Below are positions 1-13,208 of a stretch of 64,000 nt of DNA, one piece after another. The first letter of the stretch is position 1. Every line of letters starts with the position of its first letter. Below the pieces are notes generated by a model, which was not told where the DNA came from, did not search any database, and worked only from the letters and a program-made list of their open reading frames with translations. Made by a program: the position numbers and the translations under genes. The DNA comes from Cycas panzhihuaensis (lineage: Eukaryota; Plantae; Cycadophyta): positions 141,181,741 to 141,245,740 of the forward strand of contig CM041465.1 in the NCBI GenBank assembly GCA_023213395.1, given 5' to 3'.

Positions 1-3000
1 GAGCTCAAAATATTATAAAAATACTAATAAAAAATTATAGAACAATGTGAAATGGTCAAATGTAGTTTATAGAGCTTCTAAATATATTTTTAGTTGAAAA
101 ATTTTGAGAAATAATATATGTAAAATATGTAATAATGATAGATTGGAGGCTATTAAGTAACTCAACTTTGATGGCTTTGAAAATTGGTAAAAACACTTGA
201 AAACTTATAAAAAAAAATAGTTTTAGTTCAAAGAGGAGTGAGTCAGCATCCCAATGAAACTGAATTCTGATGTAAAATAGAAAAGTTATAATGAAAATGG
301 CAACAAGTAGTTTTATGGTAAAATGTTTAAAAAATGCTAAAAAAACACTACAGTGTCACTTTGGTTGATTAAAATAATGATTAAAATAAATCTTAAAAAA
401 TAAAATAAATATATGGTAATGAAGTTTATTGATAGTAGATGACTTCAAAATAGATCTAGGTAAAAAATAGTCTTCCACTGATAATATATAATCTGACAAA
501 AAAGTGATTTTGTGAAAATAATTTAAAACAGCCTTAAAACTTAATGAGTGACTTTAAACTGACTGAAAATGAGTCAAATCAGCTCCAAATTAGTCATATG
601 ACCAGTCAAAATCATACCTCAAAAAATTCTAGACCTAATGGGATAGGTTTTGTCAAAAACTGATAACTCAATGAAGAGTTATAGGAAAACGTTTCTAGGT
701 ACCCTATGTAAAATAAAAAAGAAAAAAAATAAATAAAAAGAAAAAGATTATAAAGTTGAAAAAATTTGTTGAATTAGATAATAGAAGAGGTCACATGGGA
801 AGGAATGTGACTAGGGGCTAATATTAAAGGGGCTTAAGTCTTTAATCATCTAGAATTTAAAATTTTATATAAAATAATTTAATTTTTAAAAACTTTATAA
901 AAAATAAAAAAATAAAAAATAAAAAATTGAATTCTTAAAAGTTGGACTACCGTCGTTGGCATGTAGATGCTACATGTCAGCTTGTCATGTAGCGCTACTT
1001 CCATAGAGATTGCATCTGATTCACTAGGCTCTGAAGTAAATTTTAGACTAAAAATAGTACGAGATACAGGTTACAACATCAGAACCTGCTAACTATGCAG
1101 TAAATTTACATGGAAGCCAATAGAAACTACAGGTCACAAGGTTGAAACCTGCCAAAATGGATGGTAAATTTTGTGCTAAAAATAGTGGCCACTACAAGTC
1201 ACAAGGTCAAAACTGGTTGACTATCAATGGAATTTAGTTCCTAAAATAGTGAAAATACCAGTGTGTGTGCCGGTCTCATCTCATGATAAATCAAGAACCA
1301 AGAAGGTACTTAGATTCCATGTGTCAATGCATCTACTTCTTGCTTCATGAAAAAGGTGACGTTTGATGTGCTTTACTGTGTCATCCAAGAATGCTTATGA
1401 TGGCTGGTATAGAGAGGCACATTGATGGGTCAAGAGATAATAATCTTAAGAAGGATAGAATGCCTATGGTCTGGTTATACACAGCAGATCAACGGTGCAC
1501 TTTTAAAGGTAAAAGGATGGAGAAGGTAAACGATAAAATATGATGTTTACTTTGTATCATAGTAAAAAATAGTGAATGTCAGAAGTCTCCCTACTGTAAA
1601 TCTTTGGAAGAGTTTAAGCTGGCTTTAATGGCTCTCAATTTTTGCACGAAATCCTTTCATTAAAGCTCGAATTAAGTTTAATCTTTAGTATAAATTTGAG
1701 CATTCTTGGTTTTAGATCAAATCTGGAGCACCATAGTTTGTGTGGATTCAACATTTTCTCCTTCAAAATGGAGGAGATTTTGAGTAAAATGGATGAATTC
1801 GATGCTATAATCCTTGATAATTCATGTATGAAAATTTCTGGAGGTTTTAGATCACAATGGATCATTTAGAGCCTCCTCATATGTGTAGCTACTACAGTAT
1901 TTAACCCAAAATGATGCCACTGCTAGTACTGGAGGTAGTTCAGATTCATGAATCGAGTTTGATCTAGAAGAGATGAGGTCAGTTAGGAATCACTAAAGAA
2001 ACATCTCATTGCTAAACCTATTGTACTCTTATGGAATGATATGATTGGTATCTTTTTCTGATTATGTATGTAGTGTAAAGAGGGTTTTGTATTAGAAGTT
2101 CAGTTGTCTTTGATTATAAAGGTATGTCAAAGTTTATTTTGAAGGATAATATGATGGAAAAAGAGCAGGAGGTGCAGAGCAGCGGTTGAAGGAATGACCT
2201 AACACTACATATAAGTTTATTATATAAATTGGTTTATGTCACAAGCAGAATATAGATGATGATATATCAGTTGATAGAAATTATTCCAGCTAGTAAAAGG
2301 CAGAAAGATCATGCAGGATATTCAAGAATATATTACTGTCTGAGAAAAAGCTTCTAGTTAAATGAGAAACAACATGTCGTATGACAAACTGTTACAACAT
2401 AATCTTCCTTCTCCAGTAGTAAGGGTTCTATATGGATATTATATTTGGTTTGTTTTGGATATAAGTTGATCCAGTATTTGTGTTGAAATTGAAAAATATT
2501 GTGCATACAAAGCAAGCTACAAGACTTGATTATTCTTTATTTATTATTTTTTTTGTTTTCTATCTATTTTTCGCTATTCTTCATACTATTCTTTCTTTTC
2601 ACTTAAGATCGTAAGACCTACTCCTTATATGGGTTTGATACAAATGCATGTAAGGGGGTATAAGAATACAAATAATCCAATTATTTTTCTTCTTTCAACA
2701 GCGGGACTCACATATGTAGTCAGTAATCTTTAATAAAGAGCAGTTGTTGTTGCCATATAGAATCAGTTTATAGAATATTCAAGAGATTTCTACAATAATC
2801 TAGATGGTTGAATGAAAGAAGAACTTTGGGCTTCTGTTGAGCTTATAACTTGTACAAAAAAGTGTAAATAATATTGGTGGATCTTTAGACCACCTTGAAT
2901 AATAGATGTAAATAATATTCTTACTATTTAAGAAGTCAATGATGCAATTTATTCTTATAAGTTTATTCCAAAAAGAGGAAAGATGACAAAGGTTTTAGTT

Positions 3001-4436
3001 TTTTTAGTTTCAAAAGAATAATCTTTGTACAATATATATATCACAAAAGAGATATTTCAAAAAAATTATATTTATAAAAAAACATGAAAATTATTGATTC
3101 AATGGAGCCACAAATGAAAATAGAAAATTTTTCAAATATTTTGACAGAAGTATATCAAATAAATGAAATGCATATATATTTGTATCTGAAACATTTTAAA
3201 TATGTTGGAACAGATATGTCAAAGAACCAAGAAATATATAAATATTTAAATCTGAAAATAAATATGAAGAACCTGGTAAGTAGCTATAGCAGATTTGTAG
3301 TAGGTTGACTTCCAAAGATGAGATTTTCTTCCACACAAATCGAAGCTTCAAACAGATTTCTCCAATACGAAGATTTAACATAATATATGGCTTGTTAGGT
3401 TGAATATGCACCAAAACTTGTAGATCTGAAAAGGAACTTGAAAAAATGGTCAAATATGTGATTAAAACATACATATTTAAAAGAATACTTGAATAAGTAT
3501 TGCAGATGTAAAGTAAATATGGCATATTTTTAGTCAATATTGCAGATCTGAAAGAAATAAATAAGAAAATAGTGAAATATTTAATAAAATAAGTAGATCT
3601 AAAAAAATATATAGCAGATCTGAAGAATATATAGTAGATTTGAAGGAAACTTGAGTGAATATTGCTTACATCCATGCTCCTACATAGATCTGGAAAAAGT
3701 ATTAGAAAATAGGTAAAATATGCTAGAAAAGTATCAAATATATGATAGAAATTTATAAAAATTTGTTGATAAAACCTCTTGTAGAATCATAAAAGCTTAA
3801 TATTTGTTGTTTGTATCTATACACCTGTATAAATCTAGAGAAAATTTGAAATATATTTGTTATTTTTCAAGTATAACTCAAGAATAAGCAGATCTCTAAT
3901 AAAAAATACAAGAAACTACTAAAAAAAACTTTGTAGAAAATAAATATAAGTAATATTTGCTTGCTTGAGTAAATCTGTTTCAAATGCTAATAAATCTTCC
4001 TTCTTCTTCAAAAAATTTCAAATGGAGATGCATTAGCCTAGTAATCTCTGCTCTAATAATGGATGGAGAACATGGTAGAACATAAAAGAGATAATCATAA
4101 ATCAATACATCATTGTTGCATAAATAAGAATCATTTGTATTCAATCCATTATTGTGAAGAGAGTATTACAAATGTCCACAATAAAGGAGGTGTCTAAAAA
4201 CACTAGGGTTACACACCCCTCAAAATATATAGTTTGGGGGAGGAGGGAAACTCTTTAACCCCTAAAATTTAAATAACAATAAAATAATAAATTAACTCAA
4301 ATGAACTTTACTCAAATTAAATCAAATCAACTTATACTTACCTATATATATGAGCACCTACATGTGTAAATTGATGACAATGAGGTGCGCACTCCTGATT
4401 GGAACGTGGGAGGGACGATGAGCATTAACCCCAACA
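1..4436 (-). mobile_element. Decayed copia-lineage LTR element: 5' LTR (~4060-4436), degenerate PBS (~4050-4060) and long non-coding leader running off the window start
   Basis: Reverse complement of 4060-4436 starts TGTTGGGGTTAATGCTCATC and aligns by eye to the LTR at 48288 (TGTTAGGGTTAATATTCATC ... CCCTCCTCCC(C)AAA-TATAT ... ACACC). 788-840 resembles the leader motif at 50231-50285. No coding domain recognised. Confidence 0.5.
1062..1261. repeat. Degenerate ~65-bp tandem repeat (3-4 units)
   Basis: Recurring ACTACAGGTCACAAGGT...AAACCTG...TAAATTT...CTAAAAATAGT units. Confidence 0.5.
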
Positions 4437-4479
4437 TGGTACTTATCAAATTTGATTTAGTGAAGAGCTCAACTAATCA

Positions 4480-7400
4480 AATACAATGATCACCTATTTT
4501 ATTAATGAATAAATAAATAATGATTGATGATACCACCTATTCTATATTAATGAAGAGCCTACTTTATTTACAATTGATGTTAGAGTGTTATTAATAATAT
4601 TAGTTCCACCTATTTATGATATATAGAGAGGAAGTCCCATATATGAATTACTTGACATATCAAAATCAGTTGTTGAAGAGTAAAACTAATATATGATATA
4701 TGTTTATTAGTGAGAAATTTGACTTGTCATGTATAAGAAGAGGTATAGAAACATATTATTTATATTAATTTATTACAACTAGCCTAACTTGTCTAAGTGG
4801 TATACTCTATTCCTAAAGTTAGCATATTCAATTTATTAATTTATTGGTGTTGATGATATTTTATTGGTTGTCAAAAGAAAGTTATAAATATAGGTAGAAG
4901 CATTATTGGATATAGTATACAAGTTATTTTCTCATACATAATAGGCAAGATGAATGAGACTAATCTTATATAACATATAAATTGTATTATTATTCTTATA
5001 TGTAAGAGGCAAGACATTTATACTACTCCTATATAATATATTAGCCTAACAACTAATGTTGTTTTATTTATTGATGAATCATGTACATGAAACACTTCCT
5101 AGAGAACTAATAATTACAATAATTGATAACTTATATACTTTAGTAATTGGTTGTTATTTTATATAGACATCAATAATCATTTTTATTTATAATTTTGATG
5201 AGATGATAGATTGATAATATTGATTGAAAGTAGATTTATAGGTAAAGATATGAAGTTGTTGTTGAGGAAACTTTATATAACATAATAAGTAAAATTCATA
5301 GAATAAAAATTGTTATTTATTTATTTATTTATTTTTATAAGATAAAATGAATTTTTAGTGGGTTTGAAATAGGATCCCACAACCTATTACATCAGGAAAT
5401 TTTGTGCAACCAAGAATTATATGATCGTGACAGCCCCATGGTCTAGGCCAGAGAGCTAAATGCCGGGACACGCCCCATGGCTAGCTGTTATAGATCATAT
5501 CCTTCTCTACCAGAACCATGAGGTCCTTAGGGAAATCACTCTTCCACACTTGACATTTCCTTTGCTTCACTCCCTAGTTTGCCAAAAAGTCAACTAGTTT
5601 ATTTCCTTCTCTCAAACTATGCCTTATACGAACATCTGCCAGTCCCTTAATGAGCTCTTTGGCATCATTAAGAAGGGGCTGGAATCTCCAGTCTGGGAGG
5701 GCCTCACCTTTCAACATATTTAACACAACCTTTGAATCCCCCTTTATTACCAAATGCTGAATATTTCCTTCAATAGCTTGATCTAGGGCTTTAAGCATAG
5801 CATGCATCTCCGCATAATAGTTTGTTTAGCATTCATAGTAATCCACAAAAGCCCAAATTGGGGAACCATTGTAGTCCCTATAAATACCCCCTCCTCCAGC
5901 TTCCCTGGGGTTCCCTTTAGCTGTCCCATCAAAGTTGACTTTGATCCAAGGCTCCTCAGGTGGCTGCCAACTGCTATGTCTGGGCTTTGCAACCTCAAAT
6001 ACAGGCTCTATACCCCAATTGCTTAGAATCCTGCTCTCCGGCAGGGATATGCGCTTTTCATTTACATTTCTAACATTTTCTCTAATGTCTGTACATATTT
6101 TGTTAAAAATGACAGTCTAATCCATCTGTTTCACCTAGAAAATTCTGCAGTTCCTCTCTTTCCATATGTTCCAAGCCAATATCGGGAGTGCACTCTTCCA
6201 AATATAGCTCAATGTTCTGCTTCTGAAAGGGCTTAGCCAGGCAAGCCATAAATCAACGGTCTTTTATGAGAATGTCCATCATACCTCTAGTTTTCCAAGT
6301 AGCATCCTCCATACCTCCCTTGTGTAAGAACACTCAAAGAAGATATGGTCCATGGATTCCTCCTCTGAACGACATAAAATACATCTGTTTGCCGGCATAA
6401 AACCTCTCTTTTTAAGATTATCCATAGTGAGAATTTTATTCATGAGACAGGTCCACCAGAATATAACAATCTTAGGAATAATAGGGAACCTCCAGATGCT
6501 ATTAAGGATTGGATTGCTCTGATCCCCTCTAATTAAACATAAATAATGGTATCCTTGTTTAACAGTATAGTCCTTGGACGAGCTCAGAGGCCACACAACC
6601 GTATCTGGCAAGGGCATTCTAGAGATGTAACTCTTATCTAAAATCCCTTTAATCTTGTTAAGGCCCTCTTGCAATCTTTCTCCTTGAATTTCCTCAAGAG
6701 ACCTCTAGCTCCTATTTTTTCCACTCCCGGACCAATAATCCTTTACATGTATGCCGTATTACCTGACACAAGGACCCATAATAGGTTTCAGTTCTGGGTA
6801 TTCCTTAAGCACTTTATCGCAGCACCATGCATCCTCCCAGAACCTAATGGAGATGCCATCTCCTAGTCTCCATTTCAAGCCATTCCTTATGGCTTTCCAA
6901 GCTTTAAGAATGCTCCTCCAGACAGTTGAGCCAACCTGTGAAGCATCATTATCTGTAAGAGAACCCCCTTGGATGTATTTTCTTGTCAGAATCTTCTCCC
7001 ATAGTCTCTCACCACCTTTGAATAGTCGCCAATCCAACTTTGCCCCTAAAGCAATATTGAAGGGAGAAAGCGTTCTCAGGTTAAGGCCTTGACCCATTTT
7101 GAATCTGAGACTTTATTCCAACTTACCAAATGTATCATATCTTTGCTTTCAGCCCCAGACCATAGGAACCTCTTCTAAATAGATTCAATAATGTTTGAGA
7201 TGCCCGCCAGAACTCTAAAAAATTATTGTTTATTTGATTAATGATTGGTTTATAAATATTTTATAGTTGGTTACTCACAGTTACTTATTAATGACCACAA
7301 CTGACTATAATTGATTACATGTTAATTACTTATAAGAAACAAGCATGATATTGATATATTTATAAGTTTTTCAAGTTACATGTGATGTGACTTAATATAA

Positions 7401-7738
7401 ATTAATATAGATTATAGGTTTAGAAATTCTAGTATACCAAGAAATAAAAGACATCAAGAAATAATGATATTAAACATTAAGGGGGAGTACTAAAATATAT
7501 AATATTTTCTAATATAGTATCAGAGTGAAATTATAAATTCTTATAATATATATAAGAGAGGCAATTTAGAGTTGGCAATTATCAGAGAGGGTCAATTATT
7601 TCTTATAATCTCTTATACATTATTATGTCTAATATTATTAGATTAGCAAGTTTTTTATTATTGAAATAATATCTAGGCTAGGCCTTTTCTTATCTCTAAT
7701 TTAGGTTTATTTAATTTTTATATTATTTAATTATAACA
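4480..7738 (+). mobile_element. Heavily decayed Ty1/copia RT-RNaseH 3' end with PPT and probable 3' LTR; interrupted by the LINE at 5323-7217
   Basis: Remnant RT/RNaseH motifs (about (W).xKRQ at ~5000, I.V..I...ADIF-like across the LINE site); PPT AAGGGGGAG at 7479-7487; LTR-like segment ending TAACA at 7738. Confidence 0.5.
5323..7217 (-). mobile_element. 5'-truncated L1-type LINE (3' end of ORF2: post-RT region, zf-RVT, RNase H; 3' UTR; degraded A-tail)
   Basis: ORFs 6759-7097 (GLNLR...FNIALGAKL.WR, GDG.SIRFWED.W), 6279-6674 (CILC...EESMDHIFFEC), 5574-5960 (NFDG..KGNPG.AGGGG, GDSK, REGN..VDFLA); (TTTA)n tail at 5323-5336; TSD AAAAATTGTTATTTATTT (5305-5322) / AAAAATTATTGTTTATTT (7218-7235), two G/A differences. 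Confidence 0.9.
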
Positions 7739-9530
7739 TGATTCCTTTATCATTGAGTTATTATTGATTATTTATATTTAATCAATCAAATGAGTCATAT
7801 TAATGTCATCATCTAAGATATTTCTTCAATATATTAAATACTATTAATTATATTATAAGGCCATGAGGGAAATTTGGTTAGTACACTTGTATATTACCTT
7901 TTATTGTAATTATTAAACAATACCTTTTTGGATATTTATATTTATTATTTTTAGGGCATTAAATTAATAAAATTATTATTAATTAATATTTATAATTTTT
8001 TTATATATCATTTAAATCTTTTATATATTTTCATATAGTAAAATTCTATGATATATACATCATATGTATTTCATAGAATAATTTATTATAAAAACCATAA
8101 TAAATGGCGATTCAATTTATAAATCTAATTCGAATACCCTTATATATACCAAATTTTTTATTTGAATTTCAAAATGTAGTTATAATTCAATAAAGATTTA
8201 ATATTGTCAACATGTTGATATTTCTACTAAACTATTATTATCTAAAGAAAGTTATTATAATAAGTCTAAAGGTATCTTATACTATATATCCTACTCAAAT
8301 GGGTTATCACTATTAGAAAATATTATTTTAAAATAACAACCATGCATTATATAATTGTTGGGTGTAATACCCAATTATATACATTAACCCTATATAACAT
8401 ATCTTTATTCATTTGTTTATATTTTATATTAGAGGTTGTGAGCCACTTAGAGATGTGTGTCACCTCTAAGTCGACCAATGGGATTCTCTCACTAGTGGTG
8501 AGCATGTATTATAAGTATATACTCTTCATTCTCTCTAATTGAGTTTTGGCCAATTCTCCACATAAAGTGTTCATGTTGTACATACTTCATTTCTCTTGTA
8601 CTTTATTGTTTATCATTCACTCACCGTTAGATGTTTGTTGTATAGTTTGCATTTGTAATTCTAACATGGTATTAGAGCCCAAGGTTCAATCCTTTGAGGG
8701 CACATCATTGTGAATCTTTTGGACATGTTATCATTTATCTTTAATTTTTATTTGAGGAACCTTTTATGCCACTATTATGGTTTGCCATTGAAAGTTCATT
8801 TTAGGTTATGAAGAACCAACCTTGTGTATATTTTAAGGGAGTTTTTTTGTGAATATTTGGGGTAATTTTGTCATTTTAAGGGGCTAATTTTGAGGCTATT
8901 AAGAGTTATTATAGGTTCTATTGTTTGCGTTTCTTAAACCTACCAGATATATTTTGAAACTACTACAAGTCATTTATTCATGTAGGCCTAATCACCCTAT
9001 AGAATCAACGTGTTTGCTATTAACATGCATGAATTTTTATACATATATGTAGTTATTATAAAGTAATCTCCTTATATACTAGTGGGCAAATTATAATGGA
9101 GATGCTTACAACAGTTGAAGGAGTATTTTTTGGTTATCTAGAAGTAAAAAATGGCTCTATCTTTAAAAAGTTTTTATAATTAAGTAATTTTCTATGAGTG
9201 TTAGGATTAGTAATTTGATAAGCATATCAAACCCAAATGGTGAGCAACAAAAGATAAAGCATGCACAGAATAGACACCATGTTGGAGAATTGGCCAAAAC
9301 TCAATTATGAACAAGTAAGAGTACATACTTATAGTACAACTTCACCACTAGAGAAAGAACCCCATTGGACTACTTAGAGGTGGCACACATATCAAGGTGG
9401 CCCACAACTCTAATATAGAATACACAAGATAGAGAGAGTTTACATAGGGCTAATGGAATTGAGTATTACACCCAACATTCCCTCGTAATAGCCAATTACA
9501 TAAATATCGTCACTTCAATGATAAGCTCAA

Positions 9531-10035
9531 GTCTCCAAAAATTCTTTGGATCGTAACCGCCGCACATAATAGAAAAGTCTTGAAGTCCATATGAAGTAGA
9601 GTCCATCTACCGAATGCATGGGTTATCACCGTGCAACCGCCAGATTGGGTAGGAACTCCCTCTGTATCGTGGATCAATCAGAGTCGGCAAGAGTAGCTAT
9701 ATAAGGTCCCACCCTTGCTCATATGGGAGTGCAAGCGTGAAAATATATATAATAAGCACATGGCACATGGCACATGGCAAGAGTCTCCAAAAGTCTTGGA
9801 TCATAAATCTTTCTTTGGATCATAAACAACTTCACTTAGAATAAAAAGTCTTGAAGTCCATATGAAGAGGAGTCCATCTACCTAATGCATGGGTTATCAC
9901 CGCCGCAACCGCCATTGGGTAGGAACTCCTTTGTATCGTGGAGCAATCGGGAGTGGCAAGAGTAGGCTATAAGGTCCCACCCTTGCTCGTATGGGAGTGC
10001 AAGCAGGAAAATATATATGTATAAAGCACATGGCA
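9531..10035. repeat. ~250-bp imperfect tandem duplication within the 3' internal region of copy B
   Basis: GTCTCCAAAA...GAAGTCCATATGAAG...GGGTAGGAACTCC...GGAGTGCAAG...GCACATGGCA occurs twice (9531-9780, 9783-10035); single in copies A and C. Confidence 0.85.
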
Positions 10036-10156
10036 AGCAAGAGTAGCTTCTAAAAGTGTCCTACCTCTTGCTCAATAGGACTAGCACTTATTCGGCATCT
10101 AATGGCCGGAAATACAATGGCACTATGGCCTCAAACATGCCACATGGGCTAAAAAG

Positions 10157-10353
10157 ATGCCTCATTGGGCTAACAACTTGCCACCATAGGCAAAAATAAC
10201 CAGCATTAGAAATTTTACATGATGCCTCATTGGGCTAACAACTTGCCACCATGGGCAAAAATAACCAGCATTAGAAATTTTTACATGATGCCTCATTGGG
10301 CTAACAACTTGCCACCATGGGCAAAAATAACCAGCATTAGAAATTTTTACATG
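10157..10353. repeat. ~66-bp near-perfect tandem triplication in copy B
   Basis: ATGCCTCATTGGGCTAACAACTTGCCACCAT(A/G)GGCAAAAATAACCAGCATTAGAAATTTT(T)ACATG x3; single in A and C. Confidence 0.95.
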
Positions 10354-13208
10354 ACTGAAAATGATATGTGATTTGTGTAGCACATGTGACTCTCTCTCAT
10401 AAATGAAGTACAATATGATCACAATGGGTTCTTCAAGAGCTAAAAAAGAAGTCCATAGTACATGTCATCTCCCCCATTCGGGGTACATTACATCAAGAAA
10501 ACCTTGAAAATACAATATGTGCCTGAAGAAACTGAGAAAAAATGAAGATAAATAGGAACTTGTGACTTTGAACTTAAAAATCTCCATGAAAACAGCTCCA
10601 AAATGTGTCAAATGACCTGTCAAATGAAAGATCTCTCTGTTACGGATCCAACGCAACAGACAGAACTGAAAACGGACCTCCCAATCTCAAGATACAGTCA
10701 GAAATGTGACAACTACTCCTTAATAATGCCGAAAAAAAAGGATGAAATAGAGATAGCCCCCTTCATAAGCTGACTGTTAGTCATATGAGGGCTCCATAAA
10801 ACTTGGAGCTGAAGTGATGAAGGGCTATATGAATCTGAAAAGATTTTCCAATATAATTAAATCAAAATCTTCAAACCAAACTAAATATAACCATTTTTAT
10901 AATAAGTCGCGTTTGCCAAATCATACGCCCAAAACCAATTTATAATAAGAGTTATAAAACCCTAATTAGGTTACATCCAAAAAGATGATCGAGTGGGGCC
11001 GCCGCCATTGATGTTGCAAGACGTGAGGATGAAGAAGGGCCGCCATGAAATAGATGAAGATGCAGGTTTATGAGCCACTATGAAGAGTGTTTGCAGGTCG
11101 TGTCGTCATGCAGAGTCGGCGCCACTGTTGTGATTGCAGGTTGCAGGCTGGAGCAGAGGAGGGCGCCGCCATTATTCCTAGATGGTCGAAGCTTCTATCC
11201 CTGTAACCTCCAAGAGAAGTATGCTCGAAGTACGAGAATGTTCATCTCAAGATCAGCCGCTTGATTATTAGGTCGCGACCAAACCTCGGAAGGAGGCGTG
11301 TAACGAAGACCGAGTAGAGACATGAAATCTGAAGATGCCAATAACATAAAGGTCGGGGCTCCTCAAGGCCGACAGCAGCGGATATGGGTCCAAACGAGTA
11401 GATCCCCTGCGATTCCCTGCGCAATTATCGACCCTCTCGTAGAGTTCTATGCCCAAAGATTGAGTGCAGATGTTTGGATTTACAACGATCTTCGCCCACA
11501 GCAAGAAGAAGAGTGGAGCTATGCTGGTGATTCTGTGAGAGGCGAAGCCCCAAATTTTGCACCCCTCTATTCTCTCCCTTAGTCACAGGTGCCAAAATGT
11601 TGGCTTGTGCTCCTGCACATAAAACCCGTCGCTTTCCCCACGCAGTTGCCAGAAGATGAAATGCGCATGAATGCTTTGAGAAAATTTATCCTTATCAGCG
11701 TCCTAGATCTTATGGCTCTTGGACTCTAAGGCAGCAGGGACTAATGGATGATAAAGAACACCTTCTGCATCAACAAACCAAGTCTGTAGGCCAAACAGAT
11801 GTTAAGTAGGGGATGGTAGGTTCCCATGAGGCGCATCAAATGCAAGGCGGAGACATGCGGGAGCAATCTTCACAGGAGCAACCTCTTTCCCTACGCCACT
11901 CTCATGGCAAGAATCAGGCCCCACATCTTGATATGAACCTGCAGACTAATCATATCCCTCAGCAGCAATCAAAGTTAACCCATATGGATCAGTAACAAGC
12001 CGAAAAAGACCAGCCAAAGTAAATTACAAATTCTGCCTCTTATCAATAGCATCAACAATCCTCTGGTCAAGGCCATTGGCAACAAGCATGGCTTAACTCA
12101 AGCACCACAAAACATGGCAGTTTTTTTTTTTTTTTTGTTGAAAAATACATAAGAATATAGGCCAGATTTGAAAGCCTTGGATACAAAATTTTTGAGCATA
12201 AAGAAGGTACATATCGAAAAATATATGTATAACACGAAAAGCGTAAATCTTTTGAAAATGGAGTCTCTTCTAGCTTCTGGATAGCGAGAAGCACTCTCTC
12301 AACTCATTAGCAGTTCTGCAAACACTGTCCCAGACATGCAAAGGAAGCAATTAAACAGAATTGGATCCGCACAAAGGATTTGGTGGACTTTCACCGCATG
12401 CAATATTATTGTGGTGCCACATGTGGCGAAACATCCACTAAGCGAGATCAACGGCTTCAAGCGACCACAAAACTTCAAAACAGGCTTGAAAACAGCCTCT
12501 CATCACCATCAAAATAGTCCTTCAAAACTTGATATCAGTCCCATAACAAAATATGCATCAGATATAACTTGAAATGATCTTCAACTTGACAAAGTCACGA
12601 ACAGCGAACACATCAAAAATTTACAAGACTTGAAAGCTCAAAAAACAGAAATGACATGTACTAGGATTTGCAAGAAAGGCCTCCAAGGGTTGAACCTTGG
12701 GCTCTGATACCATGTTAGGATTAGTAATTTGATAAGCATATCAAACCCTAATGGTGAGCAACAAAAGATAAAGCATGCACAGAATAGACACCATGTTGGA
12801 GAATTGGCCAAAACTCAATTATGAACAAGTAAGAGTACATACTTATAGTACAACTTCACCACTAGAGAAAGAACCCCATTGGACTACTTAGAGGTGGCAC
12901 ACATATCAAGGTGGCCCACAACTCTAATATAGAATACACAAGATAGAGAGAGTTTACATAGGGCTAATGGAATTGAGTATTACACCCAACAATGAGGATG
13001 TATTACTTATATAAAAAAATTCAAAAAATTGTATGTGGCCTTCAAACTTGGCCTATGTTTTTTATGTATCAAGAAAGAAAGAGGTATAAAACCATGGATG
13101 TTCCATATAACAGTCTGTTGCAGATTTAAGGTATGGTAGTGGTGACTATATTCTTTGCTACATTTTGGTTTCATTGATAAACTATTATGGATAAAAGCGT
13201 AAACACTT

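Larger units (their letters stand above)
9199..12991 (-). mobile_element. Non-autonomous cargo-carrying LTR retroelement, copy B (young; LTRs 12713-12991 and 9199-9477)
   Basis: 279-bp LTRs with one difference by eye (AAACCCAAATGG vs AAACCCTAATGG); perfect 5-bp TSD ATGAG (9194-9198, 12992-12996); intact PBS TGGTATCAGAGCC (rc 12700-12712); PPT at rc 9478-9486; no gag/pol ORF. Confidence 0.95.

Noticed and set aside
9686-9700. GGCAAGAGTAG resembling 5S rRNA (Cassandra-type TRIM)
   Set aside because: Only ~10 nt of similarity, outside the LTR, without the A-box/C-box context.
10157-10353. Repeat array as CRISPR-like, and ORF 10162-10422 as a gene
   Set aside because: Head-to-tail repeats with no spacers, in a eukaryotic TE; the ORF is a by-product.
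12121-12136. T16 run as the tail of a separate retrocopy inserted in B
   Set aside because: An A-rich tract occupies the same position in A and C, no TSD is seen, and it lies 5' of the sense cargo.
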